From Octopus bimaculoides (Eukaryota), in assembly GCF_001194135.2 (NCBI RefSeq), contig NC_068983.1:167428335-167492334 (forward strand): DNA of 64,000 bases, read 5' to 3'. A program made the translations under genes and the position numbers. The first letter of the stretch is position 1; each line of letters opens with the position of its first letter. The notes beneath the pieces are model-generated. The model had not been told where the DNA came from and made no database searches. It was given only the letters and a program-made list of their open reading frames with translations. Shown one piece after another: positions 48,842-62,239 of the stretch.

Positions 48842-50384
48842 GTGGTTTCTGACTGAGGTACAAGACCAGCAATTTGGAGTGGAGGGAGGGGGGGNNNNNN
48901 NNNNNNNNNNNNNNNNNNNNNNNNNNNNNNNNNNNNNNNNNNNNNNNNNNNNNNNNNNNNNNNNNNNNNNNNNNNNNNNNNNNNNNNNNNNNNNNNNNNN
49001 NNNNNNNNNNNNNNNNNNNNNNNNNNNNNNNNNNNNNNNNNNNNNNNNNNNNNNNNNNNNNNNNNNNNNNNNNNNNNNNNNNNNNNNNNNNNNNNNNNNN
49101 NNNNNNNNNNNNNNNNNNNNNNNNNNNNNNNNNNNNNNNNNNNNNNNNNNNNNNNNNNNNNNNNNNNNNNNNNNNNNNNNNNNNNNNNNNNNNNNNNNNN
49201 NNNNNNNNNNNNNNNNNNNNNNNNNNNNNNNNNNNNNNNNNNNNNNNNNNNNNNNNNNNNNNNNNNNNNNNNNNNNNNNNNNNNNNNNNNNNNNNNNNNN
49301 NNNNNNNNNNNNNNNNNNNNNNNNNNNNNNNNNNNNNNNNNNNNNNNNNNNNNNNNNNNNNNNNNNNNNNNNNNNNNNNNNNNNNNNNNNNNNNNNNNNN
49401 NNNNNNNNNNNNNNNNNNNNNNNNNNNNNNNNNNNNNNNNNNNNNNNNNNNNNNNNNNNNNNNNNNNNNNNNNNNNNNNNNNNNNNNNNNNNNNNNNNNN
49501 NNNNNNNNNNNNNNNNNNNNNNNNNNNNNNNNNNNNNNNNNNNNNNNNNNNNNNNNNNNNNNNNNNNNNNNNNNNNNNNNNNNNNNNNNNNNNNNNNNNN
49601 NNNNNNNNNNNNNNNNNNNNNNNNNNNNNNNNNNNNNNNNNNNNNNNNNNNNNNNNNNNNNNNNNNNNNNNNNNNNNTATATATATATATATATATATAT
49701 ATATTTGCCTCAGGGCTGATAAAATAAATTTGCATACTGGGGTTGATGATATCAGTTGATCCCCACCCTGTCCCCCACCAGTGCTGGTCTTCTGCTATAA
49801 TTTAAAACAATTATTATTATCATTCAGTTTGCTTGAAATTCGTATTTCAAATTAAAAAAAAGCAAAACAAACAAAAAACAGAAATAAATCACTTCTTGTA
49901 TGTGAGCCCAAGATGAAACGACATTCAATAAATAAATTCATGCTCAGAAGTTAGCAAAATTTTCAACAACTCAAAACAATATTATACCATTCAATAAGAA
50001 TTTTAAACAATGACAAGAATATTGTTCATATATACCAAGAAGAATTTTTGGGCCATGTGCTTCATGGCCAAGATGTTTGTATGGGTGTAATTTACAGCAA
50101 ATCAAACCACTTTATATATTATGGAATGTCAAACTGATAAATAAAGAATTAATGTAACATATTTCTCCCTGAATGCAACAAAAGTGAAAAACTGATAAAT
50201 TACAGATGGAAAATCTCCAAGGAAAATGAAAAATTTTGTTATGCAGCAGGCAGGATAGTCAGCAATACAAACACGCATGCACGCACGCACACACGCACGC
50301 ACACACACACACACACACACACACAGAGCTGGTCTAATCAGCTAAATTATGGATATATTCTGCAACTTATATATGTATATACAT

Positions 50385-50641
50385 ATATCATCATCATCAT
50401 CATCATCGTTTAACGTCCGCTTTCCATGCTAGCATGGGTTGGACGATTTGACTGAGGACTGGTGAAACAGGATGGCAACACCAGGCTCCAATCTAAATTT
50501 GGCAGAGTTTCTACAGCTGGATGCCCTTCCTAACGCCAACCACTCAGAGAGTGTAGTAGGTGCTTTTACGTGTCACCTGCACAAAGGCCAGTCAGGCGAT
50601 ACTGGCAACGGCCACGCTCGAAATGGTGTCTTTTATGTGCC
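50385..50641 (-). mobile_element. RTE LINE 3'UTR, young copy
   Basis: Near-identical reverse complement of about 30900-31140. Confidence 0.85.
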
Positions 50642-51194
50642 NNNNNNNNNNNNNNNNNNNNNNNNNNNNNNNNNNNNNNNNNNNNNNNNNNNNNNNNNNN
50701 NNNNNNNNNNNNNNNNNNNNNNNNNNNNNNNNNNNNNNNNNNNNNNNNNNNNNNNNNNNNNNNNNNNNNNNNNNNNNNNNNNNNNNNNNNNNNNNNNNNN
50801 NNNNNNNNNNNNNNNNNNNNNNNNNNNNNNNNNNNNNNNNNNNNNNNNNNNNNNNNNNNNNNNNNNNNNNNNNNNNNNNNNNNNNNNNNNNNNNNNNNNN
50901 NNNNNNNNNNNNNNNNNNNNNNNNNNNNNNNNNNNNNNNNNNNNNNNNNNNNNNNNNNNNNNNNNNNNNNNNNNNNNNNNNNNNNNNNNNNNNNNNNNNN
51001 NNNNNNNNNNNNNNNNNNNNNNNNNNNNNNNNNNNNNNNNNNNNNNNNNNNNNNNNNNNNNNNNNNNNNNNNNNNNNNNNNNNNNNNNNNNNNNNNNNNN
51101 NNNNNNNNNNNNNNNNNNNNNNNNNNNNNNNNNNNNNNNNNNNNNNNNNNNNNNNNNNATATATATATATACATATATATACATGTATATACAT

Positions 51195-51229
<35 letters not shown>

Positions 51230-52035
51230 CAAAGGAAAAACACAAGAAAAACAACAATGCAAGGATGTAGTACATACAGAATATTAAAAGATGCTCAGGG
51301 AAGGAAAGAAAGAGTGTTTTACAGACAGAATGAGATAAAAAATCCAAGGCTGTAAATAGTTTTCAGAACATTTATAAAGAAAAGGTCTTACAGCTGTTTC
51401 CATGATTTAACATCTGTTGTCCATGCTGGCATGGTTTGGACGGTTTGAATGGACTGGCATGCTGGAAGGCTGCATCAGTCTCTGGTTTGAACCCTAACCC
51501 TAACCACTCCGAGAGTGGTTGGCGTTAGGGTGCTTTTACGTGCTACCAGCACAGGCGCCAATACACTGGTATCTGCCATAACTGCAATTTTGCTCGGCTT
51601 GATGGGTCTTCTTCTCAAGCATGACATAATGCCAAAGGTCTTGGTCATTGCTTCTGTGGGGCCCAACACTAAAAAGGAACTCAGCCACTTTACATCCGTG
51701 AAGCCCAACGCTCGAAAGGAACTTAGCCACCTTGCCTCCATGAGGTATATATATATATAGATTACTATAAACAGCTTGGCACAATACAATACAAGAAGGA
51801 AAAATTTTAACATCACTAATTGTGACTGAGGGTACTGAAGCACCTCTATTGCAAAAAGGGAGATAACCACCCTATGAGTGACTCTAGGATCACTTGACTA
51901 GACTAGTTTTGCCTATCAGTCATAGGCTTGTTAGCAGTGACTACTCAATCACTTACTGGTTTGGCTCAAAACTGTTGACAGGCCAATTTAGCCTAACCAG
52001 CGAGTGATTGAGTAGATAAATAATAGAATGAATAA

Positions 52036-52370
52036 GGCACATGGTTCAGTGGTTAGAGCGTCGGGCTCACAATCATGAGGTAGTGAGTTCAATTCCTGGA
52101 CCAGGCTGTGTTGTGTTCTTGAGCAAGACACCTCACTTCACATTGCTCCAATTCACTCATCTGTAGAAATGAGTTGCGACGTCACTGGTGCCAAACTGTA
52201 TTGGCCCCTTTTGCCTTTCCCTTGGATAACATCTGTGGTGTGGAGAGGGGAGGCTGGTATGCATGGGTGACTGCTGGTCTTCCATAAACAACCTTGCCTG
52301 GACTTGTGCCATGGAGGGGGAATTTTCTAGGTGCAATCCCATGGTCATTCATGTCCAAAGGGGATTTTTA
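52036..52370 (+). mobile_element. tRNA-derived SINE with CORE-like central domain, near full-length
   Basis: A-box-like tggttcagtggttagagc and B-box-like gagttcaattcc, then tgtgttcttgagcaagacacctcacttc...catctgtagaaatg. Confidence 0.75.
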
Positions 52371-52559
52371 TCCTTACAATCTAATAAATATAAATAAATA
52401 AAATTACAGCAAAAATGAATAAATAAATAAATAAAATAAAAATTAAAATTTTGAAAAAATTCCAAATTTCCACTCGTTCGCTTAAATCTCTGTATACATG
52501 GATATACATATTTTGCACATTTAAACCCAAAGTTTCTCTCTGTTTATTTGAATCCTTGT

Positions 52560-53520
52560 CTCCCTATTTGCTCACTTGGATTATTCCCCTATGGCCACTC
52601 TTTACCCTGCAGACTTGGTTCTCAATAAATATATCAGAGTGTAAGTTTAAATCATTTGTTACCAGGAAATGTAGAAACTCTCTGAACTTTGCCTGGCCTG
52701 TTCTTATTCTAGCAACTACACTTTCAGAGCTTCCTCCTCCACTGCTAATTTGGTTGCCAAAGTAACAGAAGCTGTCTACTTCATCTAAGGATCCCACTGG
52801 ACATTTAAGGGAATCTATTTTCTGTTCATTCCTACTGTTTATTGTACATGCACATCTGCTACACACAAAGACTACTTTCTCTGTTAAACTTCCTGTGATA
52901 TTGTTGCACCTCTTATCTGTCCACAGCTTGCACTGGGTGCACCATATGGAATTTCTATCAACACCTTTTCTACATATTGAGCAGGGTCGTCTTCCTGAAG
53001 GGACTTGTAATTTGTCTGTTTTCCTAAATTTGGTCTTTGCTAAATTAAAACTAAGGCCCTTTGATTCATACCTGAAGTTTCTTCTCAAGTTCAGGTAGTG
53101 ATTTAGCTGTAAGAACAAGGTCATCAGCATAGAAGAGCTCCCAAGGGCAGCCAGTTTTAAATTCCTGTTATAGTCTGGAAGACTATGATAAACAAGAGGG
53201 GGCTGAGAACCTATCCTTGGTGAACTCCTACCCGGATACTAAATTCATCACTATACTCATTGCCAATTTACATCCTACCGACAGCATCCTTGTACATCTC
53301 TCATCAACCACTCATCTATCCCTAGCTGCAGTATTGCTCATTAGATAAGGAAGCAAGGGACTCTGTCGAAGGCTTTCTTCATGTCAACAAAAGCCAAGTA
53401 CAGTTGAGAAAAGCCAGGTACAAAGATTTATTCTTGGTTAACTACTTCTCCTGAAGTTGCCTTACCAGGAATATAGCATCAGTATTGCCCCTTTTTGGCA
53501 CAAAACCAAACTAACTCTCT
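52560..53520 (-). mobile_element. RTE LINE RT fragment
   Basis: YADDLVL-like motif, VNLAKTK-like, CSICRKGV, VDSFCYFG, ARIRTGQAKFRE. Confidence 0.85.
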
Positions 53521-53669
53521 TCTGAACTAGTTGAATTATAACTCTGTAGCTTTCATCACTTGGCCCAGCAATTTGATATTTCTAATTATTTCTGTCTAAG
53601 GTGTCACCTTTACCTTTGTAGGAATTGACTATAATGTTGGTACACCGGTTGTTGAGTATGACTTCCTTG

Positions 53670-54375
53670 TGGTGAAGCACAACCTTCGAACATTAGGCCT
53701 CACCAAGGCAAAGACTAGTGACCGAGACCTTTGGAAATATGCTGTGCTTGAGAAAACCCAGCAAGCCAAGTGAGATCACAACCCATGGCCTATGCCAGTG
53801 GTGTAACCAGCCCACTTATGTGTACCTTTCCTTCACTGGACACTAAACTCTGCTTGCAAAGACCTGTTGAGGCAAGTGAAATTGAAATCAAATTCGATGA
53901 CAGCACTGCATGACTGGCATCTGTGCTAGTGGAGCGCTAAGAGCACCATCCGAGCGTGATCGTTGCCAGGGCTGCTGACTGGCTCCTGTGCCGGTGGCAC
54001 GTAAAAAGCACCATGCGAGCATGATTGTTACTAGCGTCACTGGCACTTGTGCTGGTGGCACGGGAAAGACAACATTTGAGCAAGGTCGTTGTCAGTGCTG
54101 CTGGACTGGCTCCTGTGCAGGTGGCACGTAAAAAACACCATTTGAGCGTGGCCATTGCCAGTACCACCTGACTGGCCTTCGTGCCGGTGGCACATAAAAG
54201 CACCCACTACACTCTCAGAGTGGTTGGCGTTAGGAAGTGGATCCAGCTGTAGAAACTTTGCCAGATCAGATTGGAGCCTGATGCAGCCATCTCGCTTGCC
54301 AGTCCTCAGTCAAACTATCCAACCCATGCCAGCATGGAATGCGGACATTAAACGATGATGATGATGAAGATGATG
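53670..54375 (+). mobile_element. RTE LINE ORF end with complete modular 3'UTR and (GAT)n tail
   Basis: DRDLWKYAVLEKTQQAK* is followed by repeated tggcacgtaaaa modules. This shows that the many short copies in the window are truncated LINE 3' ends. Confidence 0.85.
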
Positions 54376-54439
54376 ATATATGAAATAAAAATAAGTTGCA
54401 GTCAATATTTGATTACTTTTTTTTTTTTTATAATTGTCG

Positions 54440-54479
54440 CTGTTCAAAGTAACCCCTGATTTGGGGTTACTTTGAACAG
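54440..54479. repeat. Perfect 17-bp inverted repeat with 6-nt loop
   Basis: ctgttcaaagtaacccc-tgattt-ggggttactttgaacag. Confidence 0.95.
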
Positions 54480-54599
54480 TAATGTTTTTTCACTTATGTT
54501 CAAAATTACTCTTATGTGGTACAACATTGAACAAAGATAAGAGTTATAAAAAAAGTTTTTTTCATTAATAAATACAAAAGAAAAGTCAATGAACAGCTT

Positions 54600-55140
54600 T
54601 AAATGTTATAACACTAATGAAAATGTCACACAGTTATCAGGAAGTCACATTTTATATTCCCCATTCTTGTTCAAGGTCAGGGAATCAATAGAAACCCCTG
54701 TTGTTTAGTAGAATCTCTTTTGTTTTCATTTCTACCACACCTTCCCAGTTGTAGACGAGTTTACAGTGGCCACCTCCAATGAAGACACAAGCGTTCCATC
54801 ACTTCCAGTTGTGATCACCTGACCGGGAAATGTTTGCCCTTCCAACCTCACAATGACAAAGTTTCCAACAAAACTACTTTGTCTTTCTGCGTTTTCTGCT
54901 CTTGCCATGTCTGAAGTACTGGAGTACCTGTCACATTCATTTATAGAAACATCACTATCCACAGAGTTTAGCTCTTCCTCATGCAAATTCTCTTGCTGCT
55001 CTCTTTCTCCATGCTTCTCTATAATTGTTGATGATCTGGTGGCCATCATTTCACTACCAGAAGCACTGATGTCCTCAGCACTTCTACTTTTGCCAGGGGT
55101 ACCATTCAACTTCTTTCGTCTCTTCTTTGGTCTGCTCTTA
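54600..55140 (-). mobile_element. Probable DNA-transposon ORF remnant (C-terminal GxFVIVxxEGxxFPGxV domain)
   Basis: ORF 54732-55109 (VGNFVIVRLEGQTFPGQV) resembles C-terminal tails of pogo-like and other invertebrate transposases. Recognised from memory only. Confidence 0.4.
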
Positions 55141-57964
55141 TGTTATGTTTTTACAAAGATTACCAAAGTTATAAATACACTCCAATAGAAAATTATTAAC
55201 AAGTTATATTAACATCATATTTTAACAAAAGCTTCTATCTTTTATGCAAGAAGTGCTTTAACTACTGACAAAAGTATTCATATCTTGCAAAAATGTTTGT
55301 TTTGCTGGAATTTGAAGAAGTTGACAAATTCTTTCTTTGAGTGGATAATCAAAGTTATATTTACAAATTTTATTTTATGTATTGAAATTATATTATCATA
55401 GAAATATAATTCTAAAGTTTAACAATACATTTAAACAATTCTGTAAGAAATTTTAGGAACAAGCAATAAAAGGAAACAAAATGTAATATTTTGTTCATGG
55501 TACCATCTGCTTTTATTATATATCTATGCTGTACTTAAGTTACCATTAGATAAATTTGGATACTTTTGGAATTCTGAATTAGCTATTTCTTTCACTGATG
55601 TAGTTCATGGTAAGATTGCATTACTGAACTGTTTGTTTTGTGTCATTCTGTGGAGTCAATTTGTGGCATAATTCACTTTGATATGCTTTGATCTTTTAAT
55701 GGATCCTACGTAATCAAAACAGGTGAAATCTTTCAGACTATCATCACCTCATGGAGAAAAAGAAGGACAAAGAATTGGGTGGTTGTTTCCTTCTGTTTGT
55801 GACTGAATGTTTTGTCAAAAAAAAAAAAAAACCCCCAAAAAACTCATAAGTTTTTACATTTTTACCCCCTAATTCTATACCCTTTTCTCAGCAAAATTAC
55901 TCCTGTCTTATGAGGGTGTCACAGTAAAATAACACCTTTGTCTTTAACCCTGCTTCACATATCTTCCATAGTGTTTATATTTTGCATGGTTGGGATCAAC
56001 AAACTGCAGATTATGGTTTGGCAATTGCTGATAGGCACAACAGAGATTTACAGAGATTGTAGAATAACTTCAGATTTGCTTCTTTCACTTTGTGATCTTA
56101 AACTGAAATATTACCAAAGAATCTTGATAATGCCTGTATATGAAACACCTGCAAGCTTTTTGTGTATTTGAACATGTCTGGCGATTCCCCAAACACATTA
56201 GTTTGTTTACAGTAGACTGGTGAATTATTAACGATGCAAGAAACTTAATAGTATTTTGTATATCGATTGTTATGGTGCAAATATACTGTAGGATGTAATT
56301 CCTTTCAATAAGATTACTGAGCATTAATTATGTCCTCTTTTACAATTCTCACAGTCACTTGTCATCTGACAGATTCAGACTTTTCTCCAATCTATGCACC
56401 AGCATGACCGCAGCCACTTGGCTAAAACACATAAATAAATAAATTAAGAAATAAACTTTGAGTTTGAAAGGAAAAAAAAAACCTTTCTTTCAGTTTGATT
56501 TTGTTGCTGAGTTTTAGTCAGTGGCCAATATCTGGTGGATATTGCAAATTTACAAAAAAGAGAAATACATGGGAGTTGTGTGTCCTTCTACTGAAGACTT
56601 GGCTGCTTGATGCTGCTGATCGTTAGTTCATTAGTTAATTATGAGGATTTTCAGCAGAGTTGTTGTTTTAATTCAGAAGGAGTTGATCAGTACTCGGCAG
56701 TAAAGTTGGAGGGAAGGTGAAAGATGGGTAGGGCCAATAAAGACTTGAAGCATACTAGTAAAAATAACCAGCCGATCAACTTTGTACAATATTGAACACG
56801 TCTGTCTCTAAGATACAGAATCACTTCTGTCAGGTAGAGAATTTAGATACTAGGTGAATATTAAATTACTGATGAGTTAATTGTTTCGTTGCTATATGAT
56901 GAACTCTAGAATATATCTATAGATTTATCAGCCAATACTGTGTGTTATGACAATTATAAATAATTCAACTGAACTTTTATGTGTGTGGACAACAAAAAAA
57001 AAAAGAAAAGAAAAATAGAGGATCAGTCGTATGAATACATTTCAACTCATTTTAAAGCCTTTTTTTTTTTTGAGTTTTTTTAAAGTCCCCATCATCCACA
57101 GAGAAAGAAAGACTCCCCAAAAGAGTCAAAACACATTGACAGCTATTCCCAGCTATAACTCAGTGTATGGCCTTTGTTTATTATATCCAAAATATAGAAT
57201 TTGAAACAATTGGTAGAGATCCAAGTTCTGAGTTCAATCTCCAATAATCTGCTGGCATAGCTTCAATTGAGCATATCTCTCCATTTTAAATATAAGGGAG
57301 GTGAGATTTGTCCTTATTGGATTATGAGTTAGGTTAACATGCAGTTTAGGAGTTAAAAAAAAAAAAAATGAATGTAAATTGACAAAAGTGACAACAATGA
57401 AATCCCATAATTTCATAAAGTGAGCTGGTGAAATCCCTTAATTTTATAAACAGAACTCACTCATTATTATCTTAGCCACTGGTACCTACTTGTATAGTGA
57501 TTTCAGAAATAGAAGCTGGGATATACTGTTCCAACGTACTATAAATGTGATTGTGTTTATTTTATATAAGTATGGCTTCCATGTTATATGTAATAAATGT
57601 ACATTCTATACATTGGTCATGTTATGTAGATTCATTTACATGAAATACTGGCATATTGATCCTATAATTAAATCTAAAAAAAATCAAGTTTATTTTCACA
57701 TCAGGTTTATTGTCTTAAGTCTTGATAAAAGAAGGAATTTTCCATGCACTCTGTAATTAGCTGCTGACAATAAAATAATCTCATTAAATGTAAGGTTTCT
57801 GTGAGAAGTAACCCCCCTCTTAGATTTATGGATATTTGGTAGTCTTCAAAGCTAATTGTGTTCTTTAACAATGCACTAGTATGTTGCTTGCATTGGCCAT
57901 ACGCTTATCAACCGAATGAAATACTGTGGCCATGATTTATTCTCAAGTTTCACAAATAAATAAA

Positions 57965-58640
57965 CTAGGTGCAGGCATGTGTAGTTAAGTAGCTTACTTT
58001 GCAACCATGTGATTTCAGGTTCAGTCCCCCTGTGTAAAACCTTGAGCAAGTGTCTAATAATTTAGCCCTGAGCTGACAAATGCCTTGTGAGTGGATTTGG
58101 TTAATGAAAACTGTGGAATCCCTAGACCAAGTCATAAAAGTTAGTGAGAGGGTTATAGCTCAATTGATTAGGAATAGAATTAAACTAGATGAGATGCAGT
58201 TTGGTTTTGTAGCTGGGAAGAGTACCACAGATGCCATCTTCCTAGTGAGACAGCTACAGGAAAAGTTCTTGGCCAAAAGTAAGCCATTGTACTTAGCCTT
58301 CGTTGACCTGGAGAAAGCTTTCGACAGAGTTCCCCACTCTGTTATATGGTGGTCTCTAAGGAAGTTAAGAGTAGTGGAGTGGCTTGTTAGAGCTGTCCAA
58401 GCCATGTACAGTGGTGCTGTCAGTAAGGTGAAAGTTGGCCATGAATACAGTGATGAATTTAGCATACAGGCAGGGGTTCATCTGGGCTCAGTTCTCAGCC
58501 CACTCTTATTCATTATAGCCCTTCTGGCCATAACAGAGGAATTCAAAACTGGAGTCTGGTGCAGCCTTCCAGCTTGCCAGCCCTGGTCAAACCATCCCAC
58601 CCATGCCCTCATGGACAACAGATGTTAAATGATGATGATG
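57965..58640 (+). mobile_element. SINE head abutting an RTE RT fragment and an RTE tail
   Basis: SINE at 57965-58105, then IKVSERVIAQLIR...FGFVAGKSTTDAIFLVRQLQEK...DLEKAFDRVP...GVHLGSVLSPLLF. Confidence 0.85.
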
Positions 58641-58809
58641 ATAATATATAGATATCTGCAGACGAGACTGATGGAATAAGTACCATTTGGGCTGATTTGT
58701 TTGACCAGAAATTCTTCGAGGCTGTTCTCTAGCAGGCGCTGCAGTCCAATGATTGACACAAGTAAATGATAAAAGATGAACGACAAGGCTGCCGAAGGTT
58801 CAGGCTGCT

Positions 58810-59640
58810 GTCTTCAGTCATAATGTGGATCTGCTGAGTTTCTCATTAAAACAAATCCTTGAGTCAATAATTCAGTTACTGCAGCATCTTTGCCTCTCTT
58901 CCCAGGTTTATTCTGTGAATGATTCTTTAGTGTTAGTTTGCCATAATGTTGTTTAGGGATCCTTGTGTCATCCATTCTAATTAAATGACCCATCCAATGC
59001 ATTTGATTCAAAATAATGATTTCTCAATGCTGGGCATATTAGCATTTGCAAGAACAATGGTGTTTGGGGTTTTGTCTGCCATTTTATCCTGAGAATGTGC
59101 TTTAAATAATTTTGATGGAGTCTTTCAAGGGATGCAATGTGATGGTAAGAGGTGACCCATGTTTCTGAAACACACAGGAGACAACTTAAAACACAACAAC
59201 TGTAGACAGATAGCTTTGTGCTGAGAGTGCTTCCTCTCTCCTTTCACACTTGTTTTTCAAGATTGTTGAAAGCAACAGTTGCTTTTGCCATCCTTTTGAT
59301 GAATTTCAGCCCCAAACATTCATCAGATGATAGAACAGATGCAAGATATATAAAACTCTTGACAACTTCCACCAGTGTTCCATTTACCCTGATGCAAGGC
59401 TCAACACAATCTTCTCTGGGTGCTGGTGAGAACATTCCTCACAGATGTCATATCTGAGAGCCAATCTGGTTTTAGAGAAAGTCAAGTCACAACAAATGAG
59501 ATCTTTTCAAAAATGACAAAATACAAGAAAAGTTCACTGAATCTTCACTGCTTCCTTTTCAACTTTTCGTTGACTTCACAAAAGCCTTTCAAACAATGAA
59601 CAGGCAAGTTCTGTGGATTCTTTTTTTTTTTTTTGGCTCT
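58810..59640 (-). mobile_element. Second RTE family (BovB-like) C-terminal fragment
   Basis: LVEVVKSFIYLAS, RMAKATVAF, HWMGHLIRMDDTRIPKQ. Confidence 0.75.
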
Positions 59641-60714
59641 TCAGAAAACTCTACTTGATTCACCTTTTCGTAAGGGCCTACTTTTATTCTTAATAATTTT
59701 TACAATGTCGTTCTAACCTATTTTCACTCATCTATTTATATATGTATATCAGACTTTTATATAATTGTGTATTCATGAATTTTTGATATGTTTTAATATC
59801 TTAACGACTGGTACATTGGTATATCTAAAGACTGATATACATTGATCTATGGCAGAATATATGTATAATTAAATTGCTGAACCTATCTGAAACTCTCCTT
59901 AACATTTATATATATATATATATAGTGGATCTTGCAGGCATGGCATGGATTCGATCCTAGATAGCCAAATTTAAATTAACAGTTCAACAGCACTTTTCTC
60001 ACGGTAAGACAATAGTTTTTCTGTGACAGTAGTTACATTTGCCAGATGCCTTAACTAAGCAAAACAATGTCTTCGCCACTTGACCCTTCTAACTTCTTCT
60101 ATTTCACCAATAGCTAGAACAGAGCTATCACAGACTTCCTATGAAATCTATTGTTCTCAACGATATGTCTATCATTCTGGATAGCTATAAAAACAAGAAC
60201 CCTCCAAGCAAAAGCAGCTAGTGAGAACCAGAGTTAGTGAGAGCGACCATCAGTTAGTGAATGGACAACCAACTATAATCATGGTCACAAGCAGGCAGTT
60301 ACTAAAGACAAATGGTCAGAGGGAGAAAGAAAGTTATAATCAGCCAATTCTGAGACACACCTTCTCTTGACTCTATAACTTTCACTAACTTAATTTCTTT
60401 TCTCTTACAACATCATTTTATCTCTATCTGTGGATTACTACTACGAGAACGTGTACACATACTGGCCAAAATTAACTTTTTACCTTACCTGTTTTTCCAT
60501 TTACTACTTATTCATACCAACCCGTCGTGGTCTTGGATATATACAATGTAATGGTGAATCAATATTTTCTTTACAACTTCAATCACTGTTCTTTCATTCT
60601 TTACACAAATGACAATCAGCGAAGAACCAATCCTTACAAACTGGTGATGACTTTGATGTTCCATATTATCGTTTACAAATTATTCTCAACCGTTACAAAA
60701 TAAACTTCTACCAT

Positions 60715-60750
<36 letters not shown>

Positions 60751-61188
60751 NNNNNNNNNNNNNNNNNNNNNNNNNNNNNNNNNNNNNNNNNNNNNNNNNN
60801 NNNNNNNNNNNNNNNNNNNNNNNNNNNNNNNNNNNNNNNNNNNNNNNNNNNNNNNNNNNNNNNNNNNNNNNNATATGTATATATATTTATTTATATAAGG
60901 GCATTACTATACATGAATGCCTCACGCTGAGAGGGACTCTAAGGTCAAACTACCATAATAAACACATTTTTACTGAACGCGAGGAAATGTAATTCTCAAA
61001 GCTAGACCCTTAGATTTTTCCCTTATGAGGTTTTTTCACGCTAGCTACTTGATAAATTCTTATAAAAGACTATATCCTATTATTGAATTATTATATATGT
61101 ATATATGTTTTTTCTTCTCCGCATCACTCTCATTTCTAACTGAAAATTCCCTCAGATAGATGTAATAATCCATTCTTCTACTATTACC

Positions 61189-61238
61189 GTCTCTGATGAA
61201 GGGATACATTGAATTTTTCCCTGAAACAGCTGTAAGAC
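61189..61238 (+). ncRNA. Minimal type I hammerhead ribozyme (Penelope/retrozyme-like)
   Basis: Stem I gtct/agac, core CTGATGA 61193-61199, stem II aggga/tccct, GAAAC 61223-61227, palindromic stem III loop AGCT, GTA cleavage triplet 61232-61234. Confidence 0.8.
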
Positions 61239-61627
61239 ATTCTACATAAAATATAAATTTACTTATGCCATTGGTCTCTTAATCTCATTCTTTTTTATAT
61301 ATACACACGCTAATACACAACCCATGTTATATTCCCCATTCATGTTACAACCACATCTGGGGCATAACTAGTCAGTATACAGCACTTACTCGGTAGTACC
61401 TGTATCTTTAGGGTCTGGTTCACTCCATTAACCTTCATAACCTTTATATATATGTATATATATATATGTGACAGTGGATTTTCATCGATGAGTTCATAAA
61501 CCTTGGTTCTTTTCCCCAATACTATATATTTATATATATTTTATACTGTGAAACTTAATTTAATTTTAATTTTTAATAAATTGATTTTTATTGAGTTTTT
61601 ACCTGTAATTTTGGATTTTATCCCTAA

Positions 61628-61675
<48 letters not shown>

Positions 61676-61739
61676 TATATATACCTCCTCCAATGCCCCC
61701 TCCCCTCTCAAAAGATTTTTGTCTTGCAAGTTACTTGGT

Positions 61740-62090
61740 GACCCTGTCAGTGCAGGTGCCATTTAAAAAGCATTGAGTCCACACTGTAAAGTGGTTAGGG
61801 TTAGGAAGGGCATCCAGCTGTAAAACTCCTGCCAAAGCAGACACAGAAGTCTGGTGCAGGCTTCTGTCTGGCTGGCTCTTGTCAAATTGTCCCACCCATG
61901 CCAGCATGGAAGGCAGACGTTTAATGATGATGATGATATATATTTAGGAAGGGCATCCAGCTGTAAAACTCCTGCCAAAGCAGACAATTGAAGTCTGGTG
62001 CAGGCTCCAGCCTGGCCAGCTCCTGTCAAACCATCCAACCCATACCAGCATGGAAGATGGACGTTAAATTATGATGATAATGATGATGAT
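61740..62090 (+). mobile_element. Two tandem RTE 3' tails sharing an identical 43-bp start
   Basis: 61801-61843 is identical to 61944-61986; the remainders are diverged. Confidence 0.85.
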
Positions 62091-62239
62091 ATATGTGTAT
62101 GATGAATACCTGAATAAATTAAAGTGTGAATGTATGTGTGTGTGTGGGGGGGGGGGGTAGCATAATATGTTATTTCTAAGGATGTAACTATAGTTATATA
62201 TACAGTTCTTGAATTGATTCAGCATTCTCTCTTATTTAC

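Noticed and set aside
48786-51355. Long ORFs of 200-313 aa in the ORF track
   Set aside because: Artefacts of N-runs (48895-49677, 50642-51158); the same applies at 31217-31366.
52036-52110. tRNA-like sequence as a tRNA gene
   Set aside because: Continues into a SINE body, with no complete cloverleaf or acceptor stem.
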